From NCBI GenBank assembly GCA_035939775.1, contig DASZFO010000312.1:10844-74843 (forward strand): 64,000 bases of DNA. Reading direction: 5' to 3'. Origin of the DNA: Pirellulales bacterium (GTDB taxonomy: Bacteria > Planctomycetota > Planctomycetia > Pirellulales > DATAWG01). Below are positions 19,516-31,932 of this stretch, in pieces. The notes beneath the pieces were generated by a model. It was not told where the DNA came from, did no database searches, and was given only the letters and a program-made list of their open reading frames with translations. A program made the position numbers and the translations under genes. Positions within the stretch are counted from its first letter, which is position 1; each line of letters starts with the position of its first letter.

Positions 19516-21591
19516 ATGATGGAATTCCAACTCGTCAGTCCGTTCCAGCCCGCCGGGGACCAGCCCGAGGCGATCGCGGCCCTAGCGGCCGGGATTCGCG
19601 AGGGCCGCCGCGCGCAGGTCTTGATGGGCGTGACCGGCTCGGGCAAGACGTTCACGATGGCCAACGTGATCCAGCAATTCCAGCGGCCGACGTTGGTGCT
19701 GTCGCACAACAAAACGCTCGCCGCCCAGCTCTATAGCGAGTTCAAGGAATTCTTCCCGCACAATGCCGTTCACTATTTCGTCAGTTATTACGACTATTAT
19801 CAGCCCGAAGCGTACATCCCGCAGCGCGACATCTATATCGAAAAAGACGCCTCGATCAATCAAGAGATCGATCGCCTGCGGCTGGCGGCCACGAGCGCGC
19901 TGGTCAGCCGCCGCGATGTGATCATCGTGGCCAGCGTCTCCTGCATCTACGGCTTGGGATCGCCCGAGGACTACCGGGCGATGATGGTCGGGCTGCGCCG
20001 CGGGCAGCAGATTGACCGCGACGAAATGCTCCGCAAGCTGGTCGATGTGCAATATGAACGGAACGATATCGATTTTCAGCGCGGCAAATTCCGGGTGCGC
20101 GGCGATTGCGTCGAACTCTGGCCCTCTTACGAGGAATACGCGCTGCGGATCGAGTTCTGGGGAGACGAGGTCGAGCAGCTTTCGATCATCAACCCTACGA
20201 GCGGCGAGACGATCGAGAAGCAAGAGCAACTGTTTATTTATCCGGCCAAACACTTCGTGCTGCCGGAGGAACGCGTCGCCGCCGCGATCGACTCGATCAA
20301 GCAAGAACTCGACGAACGGCTCAATCAACTCCGCGATCAGAACAAGCTGCTCGAAGCCCAACGGCTCAGCGCCCGCACGCGGTTCGACATCGAAATGATG
20401 CAGGAAGTGGGCTATTGCCCAGGGATCGAAAACTACAGCCGTCCGCTCAGCGGCCGCCCGCCTGGTTCGTGCCCCGACACGCTGTACAGCTTTTTCCCCG
20501 AGGACTTCTTGTTTTTCGTGGACGAATCGCACGTCACCTGTCCGCAGGTCCGCGGGATGTTCAACGGCGACCACAATCGCAAGGTGACGCTCGTCGAGCA
20601 TGGCTTCCGGCTGCCGAGCGCGCTCGACAATCGACCGCTCAAGTTCGAGGAATGGGAGCAGAAGATCAACCAGGTGGTTTTCGTCTCGGCCACGCCGGGC
20701 CCTTATGAACTGGAGCGGACCGGCGGGGAATTCGTCGAACAGGTGATCCGCCCGACCGGGCTGCTCGATCCGGTCATCGAAGTTCGCCCGGCGCGCGGGC
20801 AGGTCCCGCATTTGCTCGAGCAGATCAAAGAGCGGGCGGCAGCCGGCGAGCGGGTGCTCGTCACCACGCTGACGAAGCGGCTGGCCGAAGATTTGTCGTT
20901 CTACCTCGGCGAGCAGCGGATTCGGTGTAAGTGGCTGCACAGCGATTTGGATGCCTTCGAGCGCGTCGAATTGCTCCGCGATTTGCGTTCCGGGCGATTC
21001 GATGCGCTGGTGGGAGTGAATCTCTTGCGCGAGGGTCTCGACCTGCCCGAGGTGTCGCTGGTGGCGATTCTCGATGCCGACAAGGAGGGCTTTCTGAGGA
21101 GCGAGACCTCGCTGATGCAAACGATCGGCCGAGCAGCACGGCACATCAATGCCAAGGTCGTCCTTTATGCCGACACGGTGACCGTATCCATGCAGCGGGC
21201 GATCGAGGAAACGGGCCGCCGCCGCGCGTTGCAAGAGGAATACAATCAGAAGCATGGCATCACGCCGACCTCCATCCGCAAGAGCATTCGAGCCGGCATC
21301 GAAGCGGAAGCGGCGGCCCATGCCCGAGCCAATGCCGCCGTCGGCCGGACCGATGACGCCCAGTACATCACCGAAGAATATCTTTCCGAGCTAGAGGCCG
21401 AGATGTATGAAGCTTCGGAGAACCTCGACTTCGAGCGCGCCGCGGCGATTCGCGATCAGATCAGCAAGCTTCGTGATTCGATCGGAAAGACGGTCGGCGA
21501 AGTCGATTGGCGCAGCCAGCGCGGCGACGGCAAGGACTCCAAGGGCCGCAAAGGACGTTCCCGCGTCCCGCACCCGAAAAAGCGCGCTTGA
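19516..21591 (+). CDS. uvrB: Excinuclease ABC subunit B
   Basis: [46 protein letters not shown]-terminal UVR motif FERAAAIRD. Confidence 0.97.
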   Translation: MMEFQLVSPFQPAGDQPEAIAALAAGIREGRRAQVLMGVTGSGKTFTMANVIQQFQRPTLVLSHNKTLAAQLYSEFKEFFPHNAVHYFVSYYDYYQPEAYIPQRDIYIEKDASINQEIDRLRLAATSALVSRRDVIIVASVSCIYGLGSPEDYRAMMVGLRRGQQIDRDEMLRKLVDVQYERNDIDFQRGKFRVRGDCVELWPSYEEYALRIEFWGDEVEQLSIINPTSGETIEKQEQLFIYPAKHFVLPEERVAAAIDSIKQELDERLNQLRDQNKLLEAQRLSARTRFDIEMMQEVGYCPGIENYSRPLSGRPPGSCPDTLYSFFPEDFLFFVDESHVTCPQVRGMFNGDHNRKVTLVEHGFRLPSALDNRPLKFEEWEQKINQVVFVSATPGPYELERTGGEFVEQVIRPTGLLDPVIEVRPARGQVPHLLEQIKERAAAGERVLVTTLTKRLAEDLSFYLGEQRIRCKWLHSDLDAFERVELLRDLRSGRFDALVGVNLLREGLDLPEVSLVAILDADKEGFLRSETSLMQTIGRAARHINAKVVLYADTVTVSMQRAIEETGRRRALQEEYNQKHGITPTSIRKSIRAGIEAEAAAHARANAAVGRTDDAQYITEEYLSELEAEMYEASENLDFERAAAIRDQISKLRDSIGKTVGEVDWRSQRGDGKDSKGRKGRSRVPHPKKRA

Positions 21592-21592
21592 G

Positions 21593-24500
21593 TTAAATGC
21601 GGCCGGCAGTTACTCGTTCGGCGTCGAGCGAGGACATGGCCGGACGGGCGGTGGCGATCGATTGGCGAGTTGGCGTCGCTAGAGGCACATCGTCGGGCGA
21701 GAGTTGCATGGGATCGGCGCCTAGCGCGCCAAGCAATTCGTCCAAATAGCGAGACGAGCGAACTCGCGACAGCTCGGCGTCGGCCCGCTGCCGCCGCTGC
21801 GCCAAGTCGAGCGAACCGGAGACCCGGCTAGAACCATGTTGTGCGATGAATTGGTCCAGATAGTCGATGTGCCGTTTCCACAGAGCGATGTCGCGATCTT
21901 GCTTGGTCTTCAGACGTTCGCGATACCAGGCGCTCTGGAGCAGATAGTCGCGGGTGAACATCCGCCGTAACGACGCGTCGTGAATGTCGCCCGCCGAGCC
22001 GTCGCCGGCGGCCATGATTTTCAGCAAGGCCTGAAGAGGCGGACAGGCCATTTCAAACGAGCCGTCGTCGAAGTATCGCTTGGCGACGCGCTCGTGGGCT
22101 TCCGTGATGTACTTCACTCCGTCGGCAAAGGCGTCGAGGTCTTGCGTTTCGGGCCGCAAGATCGCATCGTCGAACACCTTCGCCGGATTGTCGAACACGC
22201 GGCCGAAATACAAGTGCACGAAGCGCTGCGTGATCCGGTATCCCAACCGGCTGACTAGCACTCGTTCCCCGCCGTGGTCGAAATCCGAGAGGGGTTCGAG
22301 CAATCCCTCGCGAATCAGTTGCGCTGGATCGCGTTCGGAAGGAGTCAGGCGGCACCAGATTTCCGGGACAAGCAGGCTCAGATCGTGATCGACGCGCACC
22401 TGCGAGCCGATATGCCCGGCGGCCGTCGAGAACCCGGCCAGCCCCGTAAGGATCATACTGACCAAGGCGTTGTTGAGATCGATGATCGGCAAGAGCGCGT
22501 TGAAGGGGCCTTTGGTCAATGCGCCTTCGCTGCCGGCGGCGGTGGTCGAGGGGCTCTTGCCGGTCAGCGAGCAGATGAAATCCATGAAGAGTTCGGGCAG
22601 CTCCTGGTAGTGGATCGGATTATAGACGGCCAGGCTGCGGATGCCGCGGGTTCGGTCCGGCGGATTGTTGCGTCGTCCGAGAAGAACCGCGTTGACCGGC
22701 TGCAAGACCGCCTTGTCGGCCGGAATCGCTCGGAACAGCCGAGTCCCCATTTCGGCCACGTAACGGTTGATCGGCCTCACCATGTCGGGCCGGTCTTGCA
22801 GATAGCGGGGATTCTGCGACGGCTTTCCATCGACCAACCGCGGCGCTGAAGAGCAGGCCACATAGCCGCTGCCATCGTCAATCACCGATCGCAGCAGCCG
22901 TTTCATCGGCTCGGTGAACTTCTCCAAATCGACGACGTATTGGGCCATTTCGTCGACCTGTTCGCAGGAGATCGGTTCGAAATTGGAGATGAAGTTATCC
23001 GGCCGGGCCAGATCGGCTTCGGTTTGTCGATCCAATCCGCGATGGACGGCCTCGTCCGGCCGCTGAAACAGCCGATATTCGCAATTCGCGACAAACTTGT
23101 AACTCACGGCTTGATAGAGCGGATTGAGATGGGCCAATGCGTGCGCCGGCACCACCACCGAGGCCGAGATGTCATCTTCGGTTTGAATCTTCTCGGCGGC
23201 GGCGAAGTCTTGCCGCAGCTTGAAAGTGCGCCAGGCGAGCGAGGCGTCGAGCCCCACGCGGAGATACGTGCCCGCCAGCTTGCGGTCGCGATATTTCAAC
23301 TCGTTTCCCGGCGAGCCGTTGACGATGTCGACGCTGAAATGGCGGCGCCAATCGTCGCTCCATTCGGGCTTCTGAAACCGTTTGATGATGAACACCAGGG
23401 CATAGATGTAGCTGGGGATCGAGTGCAACCAGGCGTTGTATTCCTCGTTGTAATCCGGCGAGGGAGTCAGCAGCTTGATGACGCTCCCCAAGGTGCGATT
23501 GGGATCGAGAACTTTGCGGCTAGGCCGTGCGGCGTATGCGGGGCGCTGCGGCAGGTCCGGATGATGGCGGGTGGAATAGTCCTTATCGAATATCTCTTCG
23601 ACCACTTCCAGGTCGTGCTCCAGGTTGGCGACGAAAATCGGGCCGTACAACATATAGTCGACCAACGACTTGCTGATCTCGCTTTTGCCGCCGCCGCTGA
23701 CCGTGCAGGGCTTGTGGCAGAAGGTCCCCTCGCCGACGGTCCCGATCAGTCGCCAGGTCGGCGTTTCGGGATGTTTTTCCATGCGCAGTTTATAGCCCGA
23801 CGGCGTCATATAGACTTTGCCGGGCAGTAGCGGGATGGAATGCTGACGGCCGTCTTTCGTCCAAGTCACCTGCTGCTCGTGCAGGCTGGCCCGCGCTTCT
23901 TCCGGAATGTAGATCAGGTCCGGATGGTTGCGGTCGATCCCATATCCTTCGGCGCGGACGCGGATGAACGAGGCGTAGTCGCGGGCGACATCGGCAAATG
24001 TCCGGCCGTTGTAGCGGAGGCTGTCCGCTTCGAATTCGTCCCCCAAATTGTAGCTGGGAAAGGCCACCGCCCCGCCGGCATGTTCTTCCTCGACGTTGCC
24101 ATAGAGGTTGGCCGCGTAGCTGATTTGGGTCTTCACTTCCTTCTTGCAATAGCCGAAATAGTTGTCGGCGATGAGCGTGACGATCACTCCCGCGTCCGTG
24201 CGGCAGGTCAACTTGAACGGCACCCCGTCGTTGTAACGCTCGGCCTCATCTTCCCAGCACATGCCATCCCGCTTTTGCCGGTCGGTGGCTTCGGAAACGT
24301 GCGGCAAACCGAGTTCCCGTTTTGTCGCGGCCGTCAAATGGGGCGCGAGGATGACGGCGCCGGTGTGGCCCGTCCAATGCTCGACGTCCAATCCCGCGTC
24401 GTTCTCCGGCAGAAAAGCATCCCCCGCGTTGCCGAAAATCGACTCGACGAAATCGAGGTTGCTGACGAGGCCGCCCGGCGCGAAAAAACGAATCTCCATT

Positions 24501-25174
24501 CGCTTTTCGGACACCACTCCCGGAACGACCGGACAAACGATCGGCCGCAGCAGCAAGGAGACGAAAGTGCGTGCCGGCTGGCGCTGGTTCGCGGTGAACG
24601 GCAGGATGAGCAAATCGTCCGGCGGATGAAAAGCGTGCTGGAACAACAGGGCAAAGACACATTTGGGGACCGCCTTCTTATCCGCCGGAATCGGAAGTCC
24701 CCCTTCGACGACATGAAATGTTCCCACGGTCGTCCGGCGGTCGTTGTGCGGATTGTGCAACACCCCATTCTTGACGCGATAAGATTGCACCAGATCATTG
24801 CCGAACGTGTCGCTGTCGATCGGCAACGAGAGTTCGCGAGCGACACCATGCCGATCGAGCATCAGCGCTCGCTCCGGCAATCTGAGTCCGCCGGCTGGGG
24901 CCACGTCCGCAAAGTGCTCTCGCAGAAACGCTTCGATCCGACGGTCGGCAGGGCAGCGCGCATCCTCGACCAGTTTCAGCCGCTCGCAATAGCTGGCCAG
25001 CAGCTTCTCCGCGTCGGCAGAGATTTCCGACACGTCGCCGAGAGCCGCCGCCGGCAATCCGCTCGCGATCAATTGCAAATTGATGTATTGCCGAAGCCGC
25101 TTCTTCCGCTCGGCAAAATCGGCAAGCGCCGCGCCGCTAGCGAAGCCCAATGCGTGCGATAAGTCGTGATTCAT
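21593..25174 (-). CDS. Probable PPi-dependent phosphoenolpyruvate carboxykinase
   Basis: ~1190 aa; [54 protein letters not shown] match my recollection of the PPi-type PEPCK family; start refined to ATG 25174. Confidence 0.72.
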   Translation of the reverse strand: MNHDLSHALGFASGAALADFAERKKRLRQYINLQLIASGLPAAALGDVSEISADAEKLLASYCERLKLVEDARCPADRRIEAFLREHFADVAPAGGLRLPERALMLDRHGVARELSLPIDSDTFGNDLVQSYRVKNGVLHNPHNDRRTTVGTFHVVEGGLPIPADKKAVPKCVFALLFQHAFHPPDDLLILPFTANQRQPARTFVSLLLRPIVCPVVPGVVSEKRMEIRFFAPGGLVSNLDFVESIFGNAGDAFLPENDAGLDVEHWTGHTGAVILAPHLTAATKRELGLPHVSEATDRQKRDGMCWEDEAERYNDGVPFKLTCRTDAGVIVTLIADNYFGYCKKEVKTQISYAANLYGNVEEEHAGGAVAFPSYNLGDEFEADSLRYNGRTFADVARDYASFIRVRAEGYGIDRNHPDLIYIPEEARASLHEQQVTWTKDGRQHSIPLLPGKVYMTPSGYKLRMEKHPETPTWRLIGTVGEGTFCHKPCTVSGGGKSEISKSLVDYMLYGPIFVANLEHDLEVVEEIFDKDYSTRHHPDLPQRPAYAARPSRKVLDPNRTLGSVIKLLTPSPDYNEEYNAWLHSIPSYIYALVFIIKRFQKPEWSDDWRRHFSVDIVNGSPGNELKYRDRKLAGTYLRVGLDASLAWRTFKLRQDFAAAEKIQTEDDISASVVVPAHALAHLNPLYQAVSYKFVANCEYRLFQRPDEAVHRGLDRQTEADLARPDNFISNFEPISCEQVDEMAQYVVDLEKFTEPMKRLLRSVIDDGSGYVACSSAPRLVDGKPSQNPRYLQDRPDMVRPINRYVAEMGTRLFRAIPADKAVLQPVNAVLLGRRNNPPDRTRGIRSLAVYNPIHYQELPELFMDFICSLTGKSPSTTAAGSEGALTKGPFNALLPIIDLNNALVSMILTGLAGFSTAAGHIGSQVRVDHDLSLLVPEIWCRLTPSERDPAQLIREGLLEPLSDFDHGGERVLVSRLGYRITQRFVHLYFGRVFDNPAKVFDDAILRPETQDLDAFADGVKYITEAHERVAKRYFDDGSFEMACPPLQALLKIMAAGDGSAGDIHDASLRRMFTRDYLLQSAWYRERLKTKQDRDIALWKRHIDYLDQFIAQHGSSRVSGSLDLAQRRQRADAELSRVRSSRYLDELLGALGADPMQLSPDDVPLATPTRQSIATARPAMSSLDAERVTAGRI

Positions 25175-25404
25175 GAATCCGAGGATCGATGACTCGGTAG
25201 CGATGGCAGGAGTCGAAACTCGTTTAGCAAATGCCGCGCCGCGCTCGTCAAGGGAATGGAATGTTCGCAATGTCGATAGGCGGCCATGCGCATCCCGTCT
25301 GAAGCGATTCGAACCCGTTTCATTGGTCTGGGACTACTTGCGAGGCGGCTCGATCGCGATTCGGGCGAATAAAGGGGAACCGTCAATTGCCGTCCGTCCC
25401 AAAG

Positions 25405-25421
25405 GGGGCACGGCGTTTGCG
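25405..25421 (+). promoter_or_regulatory. Candidate sigma54 (-24/-12) promoter
   Basis: GGGGCACGGCGTTTGCG: GG-CAC-N5-TTGC with the exact GG-N10-GC spacing, ~210 nt upstream of the ATP-grasp gene. Confidence 0.5.
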
Positions 25422-25630
25422 TCTAAAACGCCGGATTGTCAAACACGGCGGAAATGCTGCTCTTTCTGCCCACGATCTCGCCGCGCGGTGCCCAATTGCC
25501 GGGCATACGTTGCGATGGTGCCTCAACCGAGCGCGCTGGTGGCTTTACAGATGCGCCTGGCCGTGGTCCAACTACGGATTGCCGACGGATGGCAGGAGGC
25601 AGTGAATAGGGCGGAAGGCGGAGGATAGTT

Positions 25631-27121
25631 ATGGATTTTGATCGGTACGACACCGATGGTTTTTACGACGAGATGTACGATGCCGGCGGCCAGCCTCGGC
25701 CGCGTGGCGAGCAGTTGGCTAGCCGGCTCCGTTCGCTTTCAACCGGCGAACTCGAGCGCCGCCAGAAGGCGGCGGACCTCGCGCTACTCAACATGGGAAT
25801 CACGTTCAACGTCTACGGTCACGAGGCGGGAACGGAAAAAATCTGGCCCTTCGACATCGTTCCCCGGATCATTGAAGCCGACGAATGGACTTACGTCGAG
25901 CGCGGCCTGAAGCAGCGAATCCACGCGCTGAATCTGTTCATCGACGATCTCTACAACGATCAGAAGATCATTCGCGACAAGCGGATTCCCGATTGGCTCA
26001 TCGGCTCGGGCATGGCCTTCCTCAAGCCGTGCGCCGGGCTGAAACCGCCGCGCGGCATCTGGTGCCACATCACGGGGACCGATCTGGTCCGCAACGGCGA
26101 CGGTCAGATCTACGTGCTCGAAGACAATCTCCGCTGCCCTTCTGGCGTTTCCTACGTATTGGAAAACCGTGAGGTGATGAAACGCACTTTCCCGCAGCTT
26201 TTCGAGGGGCAGTCGATCCTGCCGGTCGAAGACTACACGGAACGGCTTCTGGAGATGCTGCAATACATCACCCCGAGTGGCCCGCGCGAGCCGAATGTCG
26301 TTCTATTGACGCCCGGCATTTATAACTCGGCCTATTTCGAGCATTGCTTCCTCGCCCAGCAAATGGGGATCGAGCTGGTGCAGAGCGCCGACCTCACGGT
26401 GGCGGATGGCTTCGTGTGGATGCGAACGACGCAGGGGTTGGAGAGGGTCGACGTGATTTATCGGCGAGTGAACGACGAGTTCATCGATCCGCTGGCGTTT
26501 CGGCCGGATTCCGTGCTTGGCGTGCCGGGTTTGATCGACGTCTACCGCGAGGGGCGCGTGGCGCTGGCAAATGCGCCGGGCACGGGGATCGCCGACGACA
26601 AGGCCGTCTACGCCTTCGTGCCTCAGATCATCAAGTATTATCTGAACGAGGATGAAATCCTGCCGAACGTTCCATCGTTCGTTTGCGGTGACGCGGATCA
26701 ATGCCAGCACGTGCTGCTGAACATCGACAAGCTGGTGATCAAGCCGGCCAACGAATCCGGCGGGTACGGGATTTTGCTCGGTCCACGGGCGGCGCAGGAA
26801 GAATTGGACCGCTACCGCGACTTGATTCGCGCGAACCCGCGGAACTATATCGCTCAGCCGATGCTCTCGCTCTCGCGCGTGCCGACGATCGTCGACGATC
26901 ATCTGGAAGGGCGCCACGTCGATCTGCGGCCGTATATCTTGTACGGCGAAGAGATTTACGTGCTGCCCGGGGGGCTGACCCGCGTCGCGCTCAAGAAAGG
27001 CTCACTCGTCGTGAACTCCTCGCAAGGAGGCGGCAGTAAAGACACCTGGGTTCTAAAGAATGGCAACGGCGCCGATAAGCATTATTCATCTCAGCCGGCG
27101 GCATTATTCGCGAGCAGTTGA
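25631..27121 (+). CDS. Circularly permuted type 2 ATP-grasp protein (DUF404/DUF407)
   Basis: [70 protein letters not shown]. Confidence 0.93.
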   Translation: MDFDRYDTDGFYDEMYDAGGQPRPRGEQLASRLRSLSTGELERRQKAADLALLNMGITFNVYGHEAGTEKIWPFDIVPRIIEADEWTYVERGLKQRIHALNLFIDDLYNDQKIIRDKRIPDWLIGSGMAFLKPCAGLKPPRGIWCHITGTDLVRNGDGQIYVLEDNLRCPSGVSYVLENREVMKRTFPQLFEGQSILPVEDYTERLLEMLQYITPSGPREPNVVLLTPGIYNSAYFEHCFLAQQMGIELVQSADLTVADGFVWMRTTQGLERVDVIYRRVNDEFIDPLAFRPDSVLGVPGLIDVYREGRVALANAPGTGIADDKAVYAFVPQIIKYYLNEDEILPNVPSFVCGDADQCQHVLLNIDKLVIKPANESGGYGILLGPRAAQEELDRYRDLIRANPRNYIAQPMLSLSRVPTIVDDHLEGRHVDLRPYILYGEEIYVLPGGLTRVALKKGSLVVNSSQGGGSKDTWVLKNGNGADKHYSSQPAALFASS

Positions 27122-27195
27122 AAGCGAGTCAATCGTCAAGGGACGCCGGTCCCTCGTTTCCCTGTCTCCAGTCCCTAGCCCCCAGTCCCTTTCTC

Positions 27196-28209
27196 GTGCT
27201 TAGTCGCGTCGCCGATTCGATCTTCTGGATGAGCCGCTATATCGAGCGAGCGGAAAACGTCGCGCGGTTTGTCGATGTGAATCTGAATCTCACGCTCGAC
27301 CTCGGCGCGGATGGCGGCGAACAATGGGCGCCGCTGGTGTTCACCACGGGAGATCACGCCAGCTTCGAAGAGCGATTCGGCAAGCCGACTCAGCAGAACG
27401 TCATTCAGTTTCTTTCGTTCGACGAGCGGAATCCCAATTCGATTCTGTCGTGCCTGCGCATCGCCCGCGAAAACGCCCGCACGGTGCGCGAAATGATCTC
27501 CTCGCCCATGTGGGAGGAGTTGAACAAGTTTTATTTGATGGTTCGCTCGGAAGCGGCAGGACGACTGGCCACGGACGCACCGTATGACTTCTTCAATCAG
27601 ATTAAATTGTCCAGCCATCTGCTGGAAGGCGTCACCGACGCGACCATGTCGCACGGCGAGCCGTGGCATTTTGGCCGAATGGGACGGCTCGTGGAGCGAG
27701 CCGATAAGACATCGCGAATTCTTGATGTAAAGTATTTTGTGCTCCTGCCCAGCGTCACCGAGGTTGGCACGCCGCTCGACACGATCCAGTGGTCGGCCCT
27801 GTTGGAGTCGGCAAGCGCCCTCGAGATGTATCGCAAGCGGTACGGCCGGATTACGCCGACCAACGTGGCCGAGTTCCTGATGCTCGACCGCGAGTTTCCG
27901 CGGGCGATGCACTTCTGCCTGTTGAGGGCGGAGGAATCGTTGTTAGCGATTACGGGCAGCTTGCGCGGCACGTTTCGCACGACTGCCGAGCAGCAGCTTG
28001 GCCGCTTGCGATCGGAACTCGACTACGCCCACATTGACGATATCATCCGCGACGGACTTCATGAATTCATCGACCGCTTCCAAACGCGGCTGAACCAGGC
28101 GGGCGAAGCGATTTCGGAGACGTTTTTCGGGATGCACCCCGTGCCCGCGGCGCGAGACAGCCGCGGAAGATCGCGGTCGAACGGCGCGCAGATACAAACA
28201 CAAAGTTAA
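27196..28209 (+). CDS. Alpha-E domain protein (DUF403)
   Basis: GTG start; LSRVADSIFWMSRYIERAENVAR, ARENAR, ERADKTSRILDVKY; Gln-containing tail AQIQTQS. Confidence 0.92.
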   Translation: MLSRVADSIFWMSRYIERAENVARFVDVNLNLTLDLGADGGEQWAPLVFTTGDHASFEERFGKPTQQNVIQFLSFDERNPNSILSCLRIARENARTVREMISSPMWEELNKFYLMVRSEAAGRLATDAPYDFFNQIKLSSHLLEGVTDATMSHGEPWHFGRMGRLVERADKTSRILDVKYFVLLPSVTEVGTPLDTIQWSALLESASALEMYRKRYGRITPTNVAEFLMLDREFPRAMHFCLLRAEESLLAITGSLRGTFRTTAEQQLGRLRSELDYAHIDDIIRDGLHEFIDRFQTRLNQAGEAISETFFGMHPVPAARDSRGRSRSNGAQIQTQS

Positions 28210-28222
28210 TGCGAAATCAACT

Positions 28223-31200
28223 ATGTCGATCCGAGTCGCGCTGAATCACAAGACGCACTATGAGTACGATCGCTCGATCGCGCTGTTTCCGCAGATCGTC
28301 CGGCTGCGGCCCGCGCCGCATTGCCGCACGCCGATCCTGAGCTACTCGCTGAAGGTCCTGCCGAAGAACCATTTCGTGAATTGGCAGCAGGACCCGCACG
28401 GCAACTTTCTGGCGCGGTTTGTATTTCTCGAGAAGGCCCGCGAGTATTCCGTCGAAGTCGATCTGGTGGCCGAGATGACGGTCATCAATCCGTTCGACTT
28501 CTTCCTCGAGCCGTCGGCCGAGGAGTTTCCATTTACCTACGAATCGTGGCTAGCGGAGGAATTGAAGCCGTTCTTGACGACGCTGCCGGTCGGGCCAAGG
28601 CTGAGCGACTATTTGGCCGACGTGAATCGAGCGAAGGTTCGCTCGGTCGATTTTCTGGTGCGGCTCAATCGAGAATTGCACGAGCGGATCAAGTATGTGA
28701 TCCGCATGGATCCGGGGGTGCAGAAGCCGGAGGAGACGCTCACGCTCGGCAGTGGGTCGTGCCGCGATTCGGCCTGGCTATTAGTCCAGATTCTGCGAAA
28801 TCTGGGGCTCGCGGCGCGTTTCGTCTCGGGCTATTTGATCCAGCTCACCGCCGACGTGAAATCGCTGGACGGCCCCGTCGGGCCGGCACAGGACTTCACC
28901 GATCTGCATGCTTGGACGGAAGTGTATTTGCCTGGCGCGGGTTGGATTGGACTAGATCCCACGTCCGGTCTATTTGCCGGTGAAGGGCACATTCCGCTGG
29001 CATGCACTCCGGAACCGGCGAGCGCCGCCCCTGTGAGCGGCGGCTTGGAGGCCTGCGAGTCCAAGTTCCATTTCACGATGTCGGTCGCGCGGATTCACGA
29101 AGACCCGCGGGTGACCAAGCCCTATACCGAATCGCAATGGCAGGAGATCGAATCGCTCGGGCATCGCATCGACGCGGAGTTCGAGGCCGGGGCGGTGCGA
29201 CTGACGATGGGTGGCGAGCCGACCTTCGTCTCGATCGACGACATGGACGGCGCGGAATGGAACACCGCGGCCGTCGGCCCGAACAAGCGAAAGCTGGCCG
29301 GCGACCTCATCAAGCGCTTGCGGCGGCGATTTGCCCCGGGCGGGCTGCTGCATTATGGACAAGGAAAATGGTATCCGGGCGAATCATTGCCGCGATGGGC
29401 CTTTAGTTGCTATTGGCGGCGCGACGGCGAGCCGATCTGGTCGAATCCGGATTTGATTGCCGACGAACGGATCAACTACGGATACGGCCAGGGCGAGGCG
29501 AAGGTGTTCGTCGATGCGCTAGCTGCCCGGCTCGGCGTTTCGGCCGATCTTGCGATCCCGGCTTACGAAGATGTCTGGCATTATCTTTGGAAGGAGCGGC
29601 GGCTGCCGACCAATGTCGATCCGCTGGAATCGAAGCTCGACGATCCAGGCGAGCGAGCGCGGCTGGCCAAGATTTTTCAGCAGGGATTGGATCACGTCGT
29701 GGGCTATGCCTTGCCGCTGCGCCGCGACCCGACTGCGGAGGGCCCGCGATGGACGAGCGGCCCGTGGTTCCTCCGCCGCGAGCACATGTTCTTGATTCCC
29801 GGGGATTCGGCGATGGGATTCCGTCTGCCGCTGGATTCGCTCCCTTGGTCTGCGCCCGCGGACCGGCAGTTTGCTGAAGCCCTCGATCCGCTGGCTCCGC
29901 GCGGGCCATTGCCCAAGGCGAGCGAGCTTTCTCGGCAACTGCGCGATGCGGCGGCGCGGCCTCACGCGTATCCGCGGCCCGAGCTGGCTCATGTTCAAAG
30001 CACTCTCCTATTGACGAGCGCGCATCGCCAGCGGCAGCCGGCGCGGGCAGTTCGACTGTCGTCGAGTGGCGAGACCGTCGCGCTCCAAGCCGATGTTTTT
30101 CAAGAGGCAGCCGTCGGTGACGAAGGGACTGGCTCGCAGGAGACGAACGGCCATCCGGAAGACAACGGGCAGTTCCCTTCGGCCGCGACGATGCACGAAT
30201 CGCGCTCGTCGTCATTGCCAGCGACCGGCGAATCGGCGCCCAACGTCGTCCGCACTGCACTGTGCGTCGAGCCGCGCGAGGGACGGCTGCACGTGTTCAT
30301 GCCGCCGCTGATCGATCTCGAGGACTATCTGGCGCTCGCCGCGGCGATCGAGGAAACGGCGGCCGAACTGTCGCTCCCGGTGGTGATCGAAGGTTATCTG
30401 CCGCCGCACGACCATCGCATCAATAACCTCAAGGTGACCCCCGATCCGGGCGTGATCGAGGTGAACGTTCAGCCGGGCCACAACTGGGACGAGCTGGTGA
30501 AGATCACGACCGGTCTATACCACGACGCACGCCAGTCGCGGCTCGGCACCGAAAAATTCATGCTCGATGGGCGGCATACCGGCACGGGTGGCGGCAATCA
30601 CGTGGTGCTCGGTGGCCCGACGGCGGCCGACAGCCCTTTCCTCCGCCGGCCCGACCTGCTCCGCTCGCTCTTGGCATATTGGAACAATCACCCGTCGCTA
30701 TCGTATCTCTTCTCGGGCATATTCATCGGCCCAACGAGCCAATCGCCGCGAATCGACGAAGCTCGGCACGATAGCCTCTATGAACTCGAAACCGCCTTTC
30801 AGCAAGTTCCCGAAGGGCAGCCCTCTCCGCCCTGGCTGATCGATCGCGTCTTCCGCAACTTGCTCACCGATCTAACGGGCAACACGCATCGCGCCGAGTT
30901 CTGCATCGACAAGCTGTTTTCGCCCGATTCGTCGTCGGGCCGGCTGGGGCTAGTCGAATTCCGCGCATTCGAAATGCCGCCGCATTCCCGCATGAGCCTC
31001 ACGCAACAGTTGCTACTGAGAGCGCTCGTGGCCCGGTTCTGGCGCGAGCCGTATCGTCGGCGACTGGTGCGCTGGGGGACGATCCTGCACGATCGGTTCA
31101 TGCTGCCGCACTTCGTCGCCGAGGATTTCGCCGACGTGATCGCCGAGTTGCGGCAGGCCGGCTATCCGCTCGAGCCGGAATGGTTCGCCCCGCATCTGGA

Positions 31201-31747
31201 ATTCCGCCTCCCGCTTTATGGGCAGATTGCCTGCGCCGGGCTTAACTTGGAGCTTCGCGCGGCGATCGAGCCGTGGAACGTGTTGGGAGAAGAACCGGCG
31301 GGGGGCGCCACGGCGCGCTACGTCGATTCGTCGGTCGAGCGGCTGCAAGTGAAGGTGAGCGGAATGACCGACTCGCGGCACTTAGTCACTTGCAACGGCC
31401 GCCGCGTGCCGCTGCACCCGACGGGGACGGCGGGACAGTTCGTGGCCGGAGTGCGCTACCGGGCCTGGCAGCCGCCGAATTGCCTCCATCCGCGAATTCC
31501 CGTTCACACGCCGCTGGTGTTCGACATCTTCGATTCTTGGTCCAATCGCTCGCTCGGCGGCTGCACCTGGCATGTATCGCATCCCGGCGGACGGCATTAC
31601 GAGCATTTCCCCGTCAACGCCAACGAAGCCGAAAGCCGCCGCGCCGCCCGCTTCTTCAAAATGGGCCACACCCCAGGCCCCATGCCCCCGCCGCGCGAAG
31701 AGTACAGCCGCGAATTCCCGCTGACGCTCGACTTGCGGCGGAGCTAA
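28223..31747 (+). CDS. Transglutaminase-family protein fused to DUF2126 (putative amidoligase)
   Basis: Triad GSCRD / DLHAW / LDPTSG; LTMGGEPTFVS, TPDPGVIEVN, HTGTGGGNH, GNTHRAEFCIDKL, EFRAFEMPPH. Confidence 0.92.
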   Translation: MSIRVALNHKTHYEYDRSIALFPQIVRLRPAPHCRTPILSYSLKVLPKNHFVNWQQDPHGNFLARFVFLEKAREYSVEVDLVAEMTVINPFDFFLEPSAEEFPFTYESWLAEELKPFLTTLPVGPRLSDYLADVNRAKVRSVDFLVRLNRELHERIKYVIRMDPGVQKPEETLTLGSGSCRDSAWLLVQILRNLGLAARFVSGYLIQLTADVKSLDGPVGPAQDFTDLHAWTEVYLPGAGWIGLDPTSGLFAGEGHIPLACTPEPASAAPVSGGLEACESKFHFTMSVARIHEDPRVTKPYTESQWQEIESLGHRIDAEFEAGAVRLTMGGEPTFVSIDDMDGAEWNTAAVGPNKRKLAGDLIKRLRRRFAPGGLLHYGQGKWYPGESLPRWAFSCYWRRDGEPIWSNPDLIADERINYGYGQGEAKVFVDALAARLGVSADLAIPAYEDVWHYLWKERRLPTNVDPLESKLDDPGERARLAKIFQQGLDHVVGYALPLRRDPTAEGPRWTSGPWFLRREHMFLIPGDSAMGFRLPLDSLPWSAPADRQFAEALDPLAPRGPLPKASELSRQLRDAAARPHAYPRPELAHVQSTLLLTSAHRQRQPARAVRLSSSGETVALQADVFQEAAVGDEGTGSQETNGHPEDNGQFPSAATMHESRSSSLPATGESAPNVVRTALCVEPREGRLHVFMPPLIDLEDYLALAAAIEETAAELSLPVVIEGYLPPHDHRINNLKVTPDPGVIEVNVQPGHNWDELVKITTGLYHDARQSRLGTEKFMLDGRHTGTGGGNHVVLGGPTAADSPFLRRPDLLRSLLAYWNNHPSLSYLFSGIFIGPTSQSPRIDEARHDSLYELETAFQQVPEGQPSPPWLIDRVFRNLLTDLTGNTHRAEFCIDKLFSPDSSSGRLGLVEFRAFEMPPHSRMSLTQQLLLRALVARFWREPYRRRLVRWGTILHDRFMLPHFVAEDFADVIAELRQAGYPLEPEWFAPHLEFRLPLYGQIACAGLNLELRAAIEPWNVLGEEPAGGATARYVDSSVERLQVKVSGMTDSRHLVTCNGRRVPLHPTGTAGQFVAGVRYRAWQPPNCLHPRIPVHTPLVFDIFDSWSNRSLGGCTWHVSHPGGRHYEHFPVNANEAESRRAARFFKMGHTPGPMPPPREEYSREFPLTLDLRRS

Positions 31748-31808
31748 GAGCCTATCCGAGAACCGCCTAGGACTGTCCCCTTTGCCCAGGCGGTTCTCGG
31801 ATAGGCTC
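31748..31808. mobile_element. 61-bp MITE-like element with TAA target duplication
   Basis: Perfect 21-bp IRs GAGCCTATCCGAGAACCGCCT / AGGCGGTTCTCGGATAGGCTC, flanked by TAA at 31745-31747 (the upstream stop codon) and 31809-31811. Confidence 0.65.
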
Positions 31809-31932
31809 TAAGGCACGGACGCGTGACCGGCGGGACAATCCGGAAGCAAATCAATAGAGATCGGATTCGTTGAGTGACTCAGTATCGAATCGATGACGTT
31901 GCGGACGGCTTGCGCCGGCTTTTTCGGATGCC

